Of a DNA stretch of 64,000 nucleotides, positions 57,115-64,000 are shown in pieces. The notes beneath the pieces were generated by a model, which saw nothing but the letters and a program-made list of their open reading frames with translations, searched no databases and was not told where the DNA came from. Numbering within the stretch: the stretch's first letter is position 1; each line of letters opens with the position of its first letter. A program made the translations under genes and the position numbers. This DNA comes from Campylobacteraceae bacterium (lineage in GTDB: Bacteria > Campylobacterota > Campylobacteria > Campylobacterales > Arcobacteraceae): the NCBI GenBank assembly GCA_018662405.1, contig JABJGE010000042.1, positions 2,108 through 66,107 on the forward strand, in the 5' to 3' direction.

Positions 57115-57939
57115 ATGAGAATAGATTTACATAATCATACAACACTTTGTAATCATGCTGTAGGTACTACAGATGAGTATATAAAAAGAGCTATAGAATT
57201 AGGAATAGATGTATATGGTTTTAGTGATCATGCACCTGCAAAAAATGGATTTGATCCAAAGTATAGAATGCAAGAATCATCTCAAGAAGATTATGAAAGA
57301 GAAGTTTTAAATTTAAAAGAAAAATATAAAGATGATATTAAAATACTTTTAGGATATGAAGTTGATTTTTTAAAAGGTGATTATCTTTTAGATAGTGTTC
57401 TTAATTCAAAAGTAGATTATCTTATTGGTTCAGTGCATTTTATACCAGAATCAGATCCTAAATATTCACTTTTTAATTCTAATTTCTGGGGCTTTGATAA
57501 TCCTGAATTTATAGATCAATATGAATCAAAAGATATTGATAAAATTTGGGAAGATTATTTTGAAGCTGTTACTCTTATGGTAAGAAGTGGAAAATTTGAT
57601 ATTGTAGGTCATCTTGATCTGATAAAAGTTTTTGGGTTTATGCCAAAAAAAGATATAAAATTAATAGCTTTAAATACATTAAAAGAGATTAAAAAGTCAA
57701 ATATGGTTCTAGAAATAAATCCAGCAGGTTTAAGAAAACCAGTTAAAGATCAATATCCATCAAAATCACTTTTAGAATTAGCATATGAATTAGATATACC
57801 TATAACATTTGGGAGTGATGCTCATAAATTAGATGATATTGGATTTAAATATAATGAAGTGATATCCTTAGCTAAGGATATTGGATATTCTAAATGCATT
57901 ACATTTGAGTCTAGATCTAAAGAATTGGTTACTTTCTAA
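57115..57939 (+). CDS. PHP-family histidinol-phosphatase (HisK/HisJ type)
   Basis: 274 aa. Metal ligands DLHNHT, SDH, GSVH, GHLD, GSDAH. Confidence 0.8.
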   Translation: MRIDLHNHTTLCNHAVGTTDEYIKRAIELGIDVYGFSDHAPAKNGFDPKYRMQESSQEDYEREVLNLKEKYKDDIKILLGYEVDFLKGDYLLDSVLNSKVDYLIGSVHFIPESDPKYSLFNSNFWGFDNPEFIDQYESKDIDKIWEDYFEAVTLMVRSGKFDIVGHLDLIKVFGFMPKKDIKLIALNTLKEIKKSNMVLEINPAGLRKPVKDQYPSKSLLELAYELDIPITFGSDAHKLDDIGFKYNEVISLAKDIGYSKCITFESRSKELVTF

Positions 57940-58009
57940 CCAATTCTTTAATAAAAGTTTTTATTATTTTAGATACAATTATTACATTAAATATTTAAGG
58001 AGACTTTAC

Positions 58010-59437
58010 ATGGGTAAATTTGTAAATAACACAGCAGAATTTTTTGAATTTTGTGAAAAAAATGAGGTTGAATTTGTAGATTTTAGATTTACAGATATTA
58101 AAGGTGCTTGGCACCATATTAGTTATAGAATGAGTGCTGTAACTCAAGGTCAATTAGATAATGGTATGCCATTTGATGGTTCATCTATTGAAGCATGGCA
58201 ACCAATTGAGAAATCAGATATGATTCTTAAGCCTTCAGTTGAAACTGCATTTATGGATCCGTTTACTGCTGATTCAACTGTAATTGTTATTTGTAGTGTT
58301 TATGATATCTATAAAAATGAAATGTATGCAAAATGTCCAAGATCTATTGCAAAAAAATCATTAGAATATTTAGCAGAAGCTAATGTTGGTGATGTTGCTT
58401 ACTTTGGTCCAGAAAATGAATACTTTGTTTTTGAAGATGTTAAAGTTAAAGATACTCCAAATGAAGCACATTATTATGTTGATACTGAAGATGGTGAGTG
58501 GAATACATATAAAGATATTGATGGTGGAAATATGGCTCATATTGCTGGAACTAAAGGTGGTTACTTCCCGGTAGCTCCTATAGATAAAGGTGTAGATATG
58601 AGAGCAGAAGTTATGCAACTTCTTGAAGAAGTTGGATTAACTGTAATTCTTGGTCATCACGAAGTTGCACAAGGTCAACATGAGATTGGTATTGTTTATG
58701 ATACTTTAGTTGAAGCTGCAGATAATGTTCAAAAACTTAAATATGTAGTAAAAATGGTTGCACACTTAAATGGTAAAACAGCTACATTTATGCCAAAACC
58801 AATTTTTGGTGATAATGGTAATGGTATGCATGTACATCAATCAATTTGGAAAGATGGAGAAAATACATTCTATGAAGAAGGTGCATATGGTAACCTTTCT
58901 GATGCTGCTAGACATTATGCTGGTGGTGTATTTAAGCATGCTGCTGCAGTTGCTGCATTTACAAATGCTTCAACTAACTCATATAAAAGATTAGTACCTG
59001 GTTATGAAGCACCAAGTATTTTAACTTATTCTGCTCAAAATAGATCAGCTGCATGTAGAGTTCCTTATGGAGCTGGAGCACCTGCTACTAGATTAGAGAT
59101 GAGATTCCCAGATTCTACTGCAAACCCATATTTAGCATTTGCTGCACTTATGATGGCTGGTATTGATGGTATTAAAAATAAAACTGAACCAATGGGTCCA
59201 ATGGATGAAGATTTATTTGAATTATCTTTAGATGAGATTAGAGAAAAAGGTATTCCTCAAATGCCTGCTACTTTAAGAGAATCATTAGAAGGTTTAATTT
59301 CTGATAACGATTTCTTAAAACCAGTATTTACTCAAGATATGATTGATACTTACCAACATTATCAATTCGAAAGACAAGTTTGGCCTGATGAAGCTAGACC
59401 AACAGCATACGAGTTTAAGTCAACTTATTCTTGTTAG
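58010..59437 (+). CDS. glnA: glutamine synthetase type I
   Basis: 475 aa from ATG 58010 behind TAAGGAG ([14 protein letters not shown]...). GS motifs [29 protein letters not shown]. Confidence 0.93.
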   Translation: MGKFVNNTAEFFEFCEKNEVEFVDFRFTDIKGAWHHISYRMSAVTQGQLDNGMPFDGSSIEAWQPIEKSDMILKPSVETAFMDPFTADSTVIVICSVYDIYKNEMYAKCPRSIAKKSLEYLAEANVGDVAYFGPENEYFVFEDVKVKDTPNEAHYYVDTEDGEWNTYKDIDGGNMAHIAGTKGGYFPVAPIDKGVDMRAEVMQLLEEVGLTVILGHHEVAQGQHEIGIVYDTLVEAADNVQKLKYVVKMVAHLNGKTATFMPKPIFGDNGNGMHVHQSIWKDGENTFYEEGAYGNLSDAARHYAGGVFKHAAAVAAFTNASTNSYKRLVPGYEAPSILTYSAQNRSAACRVPYGAGAPATRLEMRFPDSTANPYLAFAALMMAGIDGIKNKTEPMGPMDEDLFELSLDEIREKGIPQMPATLRESLEGLISDNDFLKPVFTQDMIDTYQHYQFERQVWPDEARPTAYEFKSTYSC

Positions 59438-59456
59438 TCATTTAATCTTTATAAGA

Positions 59457-61424
59457 TTAGAAAGGGAGAGGTGTTTTCATCTCTCCCTTTTTTTGTATAG
59501 TTTGTTTTGAATTTTCATTTGGAATATCTGAAATATTTGTAAAGTATTCAGTCTTGCCATTAATATTACTAGTAAATACTTCTTGTGGTTGTTCAAATTT
59601 TCTTTGAATCTCAGGATGTAGTTTTAACCATTTTTTATAAAAGTAGGAAAATACAGGTGCAGCACTTCGTCCACCAGTTTCACTTCTTCTCATAGGTTTA
59701 TTATCATCATTTCCATACCAAACAATAGTTTGAATTGTAGGTGAGTATCCGCAAAACCATGCATCAATATTATTATTTGTAGTACCAGTTTTTCCTACAG
59801 TTTCAAGTCCATTAACTTTTGCTTGCCTACCTGTACCTCTTGTAACTACATCTTTTAATATAGAAGTCATTAAAAATGCTTGACCAGGTGTCGTAATATA
59901 TTTACTTTGTGATTCAAAGGTAATTACTTGTTCATTGGAATCTGTAATAGAAGATATGAGATATGGTTTATTTTGAATACCTTGATTTGAAAATATTGTG
60001 TATTGTTCACTAAGATTAAGTGGTGATATTCCAAAACTTCCAAGAGTAATAGATAAATCAAATGGAATATCTTCAAATCCGTAGTATTTAAGTCTATTAT
60101 ATAATATATCAATTCCCATTTCTGTTACTAGATTAATGGTAGCTAAGTTTCTTGAGTGAATAAGTGCTTCATTAAATTTAATTAAACCTTTAAAATCTTT
60201 TTCATAATTTTTTGGTTGCCATGTTTTTAAATCTTCTTTCTGTCCATAATTATATGTTCTACTAATATCTATAAGATTTGATACTGTAGAATATCCAAGA
60301 TCAAGTGCAGTTTGATATAGAAAAGGTTTAATAGATGAACCAGGTTGTCTTCTACTTTGTGTTGCTCTATTAAATGAGGATTTTCTATAATCTACACCAC
60401 CTACTTGAGCAATAATTCTACCTGTATTATTTTCTAAAATTACTATTGCTCCATTAAGTGTTGCAGTATTACTTTTTTCTGTTCCATTGTACTTATCTCT
60501 TTTGATTATCTTTTTGTAACCAAACTTTAATGCCTCTCTAGCAATACTTTGTGCATTTAAATCAATTGTAAGATCAACTTTGTATCCACCATATTTAATA
60601 TCTTTTACACCTTTTTTTAATATTTTTAAGGCACTATCAATAATATATGGAGCCTTATTAAGACTTAGTGTTTCTTTATAAATAGTTGGTACTTCTGTAA
60701 TAGCTAGATTATATTCATCTTCGTTAATCCATCCAAGTGTATTTAATCTTTTAATTACTTGATTTGCTCGTCCAAGAGCATGTTTTAGATTTTTTGTGGG
60801 ATCGTAAAAGCTTGGAGCTCTAGGAAGTCCTACTAGCATTGCAATCTCTTTTAGTGTTAGTTGATTTAATTGTTTATGAAAATATCCTATAGCAGCAGTT
60901 TTGATACCATAATATCCATGTCCAAAATAAACTTGATTAAAATATCTCTCAAGTATTTCTTCTTTAGTTAACAATGTTTCAAGTCTTAATGATAATAATA
61001 TTTCCTTTATCTTTCTTATAATCTTTTTTTCTCTACTTAATATCATGGTTTTTACTAGTTGCTGAGTTAAAGTACTCGCTCCCTCAACCAATCGCATAGA
61101 TTTAATATCTTTTACTATAGCCCTTAAAATAGCTTCAGTATTTATACCATTATGTTCAAAAAACTGTGTATCTTCAATAGCAACTAACGCTTCAATAGCA
61201 CGAGCAGGAAGTTCATCAAATTGAGTATATAAACGATGTTCATTATCAAATACATTTGCTATAAGTTTTTGATTTTTATCATAAAATTGTGTAGTTAGTT
61301 TTGGTTTATAATCAATAATCTTATTTATATCAAATCTTACTTGTGAATATAAATACATTAGCCATATTAAAAGCATAATACCAAGAGCTAATCCAATTCC
61401 AAATAAATATTTTAATATTCTCAT
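59457..61424 (-). CDS. class A penicillin-binding protein (PBP1A-type transglycosylase/transpeptidase)
   Basis: 655 aa. TM anchor, GT51 domain (EDTQFFEHNGI), and transpeptidase motifs SSIKP, HSRN, KTGTT. Confidence 0.9.
   Translation of the reverse strand: MRILKYLFGIGLALGIMLLIWLMYLYSQVRFDINKIIDYKPKLTTQFYDKNQKLIANVFDNEHRLYTQFDELPARAIEALVAIEDTQFFEHNGINTEAILRAIVKDIKSMRLVEGASTLTQQLVKTMILSREKKIIRKIKEILLSLRLETLLTKEEILERYFNQVYFGHGYYGIKTAAIGYFHKQLNQLTLKEIAMLVGLPRAPSFYDPTKNLKHALGRANQVIKRLNTLGWINEDEYNLAITEVPTIYKETLSLNKAPYIIDSALKILKKGVKDIKYGGYKVDLTIDLNAQSIAREALKFGYKKIIKRDKYNGTEKSNTATLNGAIVILENNTGRIIAQVGGVDYRKSSFNRATQSRRQPGSSIKPFLYQTALDLGYSTVSNLIDISRTYNYGQKEDLKTWQPKNYEKDFKGLIKFNEALIHSRNLATINLVTEMGIDILYNRLKYYGFEDIPFDLSITLGSFGISPLNLSEQYTIFSNQGIQNKPYLISSITDSNEQVITFESQSKYITTPGQAFLMTSILKDVVTRGTGRQAKVNGLETVGKTGTTNNNIDAWFCGYSPTIQTIVWYGNDDNKPMRRSETGGRSAAPVFSYFYKKWLKLHPEIQRKFEQPQEVFTSNINGKTEYFTNISDIPNENSKQTIQKKGEMKTPLPF
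59461..59495. terminator. bidirectional terminator for convergent glnA and PBP1A, embedded in the last PBP1A codons
   Basis: aaagggagag-gtgttttcat-ctctcccttt followed by a T-run. The same DNA encodes ...KKGEMKTPLPF* on the minus strand. Confidence 0.65.
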
Positions 61425-62113
61425 ATTCGAAATTCTCTTGAGTTAAAACTTGATTTTATTAAATTATTTGTATATTCGTTAGAACTATTCTGTAATACAT
61501 CTGATGTTTTGCCTGACTCTACAATATAACCATCTTTTAAAATTATGATATCTTCACAAATATCTTTAATAGAGGTGATATCATGTGTTACAAATAATAT
61601 TAAAAACTCTAATTTATTTTGTAAATCTTTGATAAGTTTTAATATTGTTTGTTGAGTATCTTTATCTAATGCAGTTGTTGGTTCATCTAATAATAGGAGC
61701 TTAGGTGTTTTACTAAGTACAATTGCAATTACTACTCGCTGTAGTTGACCTCCACTTAATTGAGATGGAAATTTATTTAATGTATCTAAGTCAAGATTTA
61801 CAAGTTTGATCATATGTAATTGTTGTTCTTTATTACAAAAAAATTGATCTTTAATTTTTGTAAGAGGACTTAATGATGTAAATGGATTTTGCGGAATAAA
61901 TCCAATATTATGATGATTCAAATCAAAACTGGATTCATATTTAAATGTAGATTTAAGATTTGATGGTATGAGTTGTAGTATTGATTTAAGTGTAAGTGAT
62001 TTTCCACTACCACTTTGTCCAACTAATGCAGTTGAACTAGTAATAGTGAAGTTGATATCAACTAAAATATTATCATTGTTAGTAATATATAGTTTTTTAG
62101 TATAAAGGTTCAT
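61421..62113 (-). CDS. orphan ABC transporter ATP-binding protein (Dpp/Opp/Nik-ATPase-like)
   Basis: 230 aa. Motifs GQSGSGKSLT, LSGGQLQR, LLLLDEPT. Overlaps gpmI by 17 nt and PBP1A by 4 nt. No permease gene nearby. Confidence 0.8.
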   Translation of the reverse strand: MNLYTKKLYITNNDNILVDINFTITSSTALVGQSGSGKSLTLKSILQLIPSNLKSTFKYESSFDLNHHNIGFIPQNPFTSLSPLTKIKDQFFCNKEQQLHMIKLVNLDLDTLNKFPSQLSGGQLQRVVIAIVLSKTPKLLLLDEPTTALDKDTQQTILKLIKDLQNKLEFLILFVTHDITSIKDICEDIIILKDGYIVESGKTSDVLQNSSNEYTNNLIKSSFNSREFRI

Positions 62114-63578
62114 CCATCTCTTCTGGAATAGGTAAATTCATTAATTTTAATACAGTAGGTGCAATATTATTTAGACTACCATTATTGATTTTATCAACTC
62201 CATTTGCAATTATAAAACAAAATACATCACCAACGGTATGATTTGTAAGCATATCTCCATTTTCATCTTTCATTTTTTCACAGTTTCCATGATCACTAGT
62301 AATTATTACATTATAGTTTTGTTGTTTAGCATTGTCTAGTAGAATTCCTAATTGAGTATCTACACATTCAACAGCTTTTATTCCTGCTTCAAAGTCTCCT
62401 GTATGACCTACCATATCTCCATTTGCAAAGTTAACTACAATGAAATCTTCATTATCATTCATAGCATTTGATACTGCTTGACAAACTTCTACTGCACTCA
62501 TTTCAGGCTTCATATCATATGTAGCTACATTTGGACTTGGGATTAGTACTCTTTTTTCACCTTTTAATTCATCTTCAACTCCACCATTAAAGAAGAATGT
62601 TACATGAGCGTATTTTTCAGTTTCAGCAGTATGAACTTGTGAAAGACCAGCTTTTGAAATTACATCACCAAGTGTATTTTTTGGAGCCTCTTTTGGAAAC
62701 ATTACATCAAGTGGAAAGTTTTTATCATATTGAGTAATTGTTGCAATATTTAAATTTTTATGATTTTTACTAAACTCATTAAAGTTAGAATCAGCAATTG
62801 CTTTACTAATTTCTCTTGCCCTGTCACTTCTAAAATTACAGAAAATAACACCATCACCATCATCCATACCTTTGTAATCTTTTATAGAAACAGGTTTAAT
62901 GAACTCATCTGTAATATCTTGTTCATATGAAGATTTAATATAGTCAGCAGCACTTAGATCAGTTTTATTTGCAGCATCTACAATTGCTCTATATCCTGCC
63001 TCTACTCTTTCCCATCTAGTATCTCTATCCATTGTATAAAACCTACCACCTATTGATGCTATTTTGATTTTATCATTACAAATATTTTCTATTTGCTTTA
63101 TATAAATTGGTGCAGAAGTGGGAGATACATCTCTTCCATCAGTGATTAAGTGTAAAGCAACATTATTTCCTTTTGCTTCAATAATTTGTGCGATACCGAT
63201 GATATGATTAATATGAGAGTGAACTCCACCATCACTTAATAAACCAATTAAATGAATAGTATTTGAATTTTCTACTACATTATTCATTACATTATTTTCT
63301 TCTATAGATTTATCTTCTATAGCCATAGTAATTTTTACTAAATCTTGATATAAAACTCTACCACTACCAATAGTCATGTGACCAACTTCACTATTACCCA
63401 TTTGCCCTTCAGGAAGTCCAACACTCAATCCATGAGTATGTATAAGTGAATTTGGAGTATTTTCAAATAGATAATCATAAGTTGGTTTATTTGCATTACA
63501 AAATGCATTATATTTACATGAGGAATTGTGTCCAATTCCATCAGTAATAATTAAAAGTGTTTTGTTATTATTTTTCAA
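62097..63578 (-). CDS. gpmI: 2,3-bisphosphoglycerate-independent phosphoglycerate mutase
   Basis: 493 aa from TTG 63576-63578 (AAGG-N6-TTG; MKNNNKTLLIITDGIG). The catalytic Ser region NSEVGH is present. The longer track ORF would overlap the mraY start. Confidence 0.9.
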   Translation of the reverse strand: MKNNNKTLLIITDGIGHNSSCKYNAFCNANKPTYDYLFENTPNSLIHTHGLSVGLPEGQMGNSEVGHMTIGSGRVLYQDLVKITMAIEDKSIEENNVMNNVVENSNTIHLIGLLSDGGVHSHINHIIGIAQIIEAKGNNVALHLITDGRDVSPTSAPIYIKQIENICNDKIKIASIGGRFYTMDRDTRWERVEAGYRAIVDAANKTDLSAADYIKSSYEQDITDEFIKPVSIKDYKGMDDGDGVIFCNFRSDRAREISKAIADSNFNEFSKNHKNLNIATITQYDKNFPLDVMFPKEAPKNTLGDVISKAGLSQVHTAETEKYAHVTFFFNGGVEDELKGEKRVLIPSPNVATYDMKPEMSAVEVCQAVSNAMNDNEDFIVVNFANGDMVGHTGDFEAGIKAVECVDTQLGILLDNAKQQNYNVIITSDHGNCEKMKDENGDMLTNHTVGDVFCFIIANGVDKINNGSLNNIAPTVLKLMNLPIPEEMDEPLY

Positions 63579-63638
63579 TTTATACCTTAATAATTTTTTA
63601 GTTACAATACAATTATTATAGCATAAAAAGGTTTTTAT

Positions 63639-64000
63639 TTGTTTTACTGGTTTTATAGACATCTTGATATTAATATTTTTCAGTATATATCAATTAGAGC
63701 AGGGATAGCATTTTTTATAGCATTTGTTTTGACATTAGTTTTGATGCCAAAATTTATTAAATGGGCACAATCAAAAAAACATAGTCAACCTATATATGAT
63801 TTAGCTCCAGATTCACATAAACAAAAGGTAGGAACTCCTACTATGGGTGGAGTTATATTTGTTTTTTCTACATTAATAGCAGTAATACTTACTGCAAAAT
63901 TAAATAACTATTATGTTATTGGAGCAATGATTTCAATCTTTTTATTTTCTCTTATTGGTATAAAAGATGATTTATCCAAAATTCAAGAGAGTAAAAATGA
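63639..64000 (+). CDS. mraY: phospho-N-acetylmuramoyl-pentapeptide transferase, 5' part (runs off the window)
   Basis: TTG 63639 behind AAAGG. ...YISIRAGIAFFIAFVLTLVLMPKFIKWAQSKKHSQPIYDLAPDSHKQKVGTPTMGG matches the MraY N-terminus. Confidence 0.85.
   Translation, partial: MFYWFYRHLDINIFQYISIRAGIAFFIAFVLTLVLMPKFIKWAQSKKHSQPIYDLAPDSHKQKVGTPTMGGVIFVFSTLIAVILTAKLNNYYVIGAMISIFLFSLIGIKDDLSKIQESKN

Noticed and set aside
57881-58009. N-terminal extension of glnA in the track ORF ([10 protein letters not shown]...)
   Set aside because: The extension overlaps the histidinol-phosphatase gene and encodes Y/F/N-rich junk. ATG 58010 has a TAAGGAG SD and gives a canonical GS N-terminus.
63579-63662. N-terminal extension of gpmI in the track ORF
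   Set aside because: The extension would overlap the divergent mraY start. TTG 63578 with an AAGG SD yields the conserved MKNNNKTLLIITDG N-terminus.
1-64000. CRISPR arrays, IS elements, integrases, restriction-modification, retron or reverse-transcriptase genes
   Set aside because: I looked for regularly spaced repeats and for transposase, integrase and RT motifs in all listed ORFs and found none. The only tandem repeat noticed is the (TA)8 at 28801-28816.

Overview
This is a strongly AT-rich bacterial chromosomal segment. Gene content and order suggest a member of the Campylobacterota, probably Arcobacter-like: futalosine-pathway mqnA, mraY divergent from gpmI, ispH-aroA-pheTS next to rpsA, and HQYRQPL-type histidine kinases. 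That assignment is an inference from reading; no search was run. About 80% of the window is densely packed housekeeping genes (tkt, efp, serA, rpsA, ispH, aroA, pheST, proABC, purF, dapB, trxAB, alaS, ribBA, ribF, truD, cmoA, bcp, moaDE, glnA, PBP1A, gpmI, mraY, and the tRNA-Gln/tRNA-fMet pair). I saw no CRISPR array, transposase, integrase or rRNA. Four regions are not ordinary. (1) 37.1-42.7 kb holds a tightly coupled triad directly downstream of an orphan Cache-PAS histidine kinase: a BRCT-like/leucine-rich-variant repeat protein, a MoxR-type AAA+ ATPase, and a VWA (DUF2201-like) protein that lacks the HExxH motif. This is my best candidate for an undescribed system. (2) 20.5-28.8 kb holds a LytS/LytTR two-component system upstream of an operon encoding two periplasmic rhodaneses, a long YeeE/YedE transporter, a porin and a DUF302 protein. 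A 21-bp-spaced direct repeat sits in the operon promoter. (3) 0.2-1.2 kb is a small islet where an outer-membrane barrel gene is 5'-truncated. It abuts a Cro-like HTH gene, a perfect consensus promoter driving a short terminated RNA, and a 25-aa hydrophobic peptide ORF reminiscent of a type I toxin. (4) Both Cache-type sensor kinases have their TM and sensor modules in frame upstream of the first canonical start codon. This implies AUU/AUC/AUA initiation. All calls come from reading the six-frame translations and the DNA by eye. Family names are motif-based and need profile searches to confirm.
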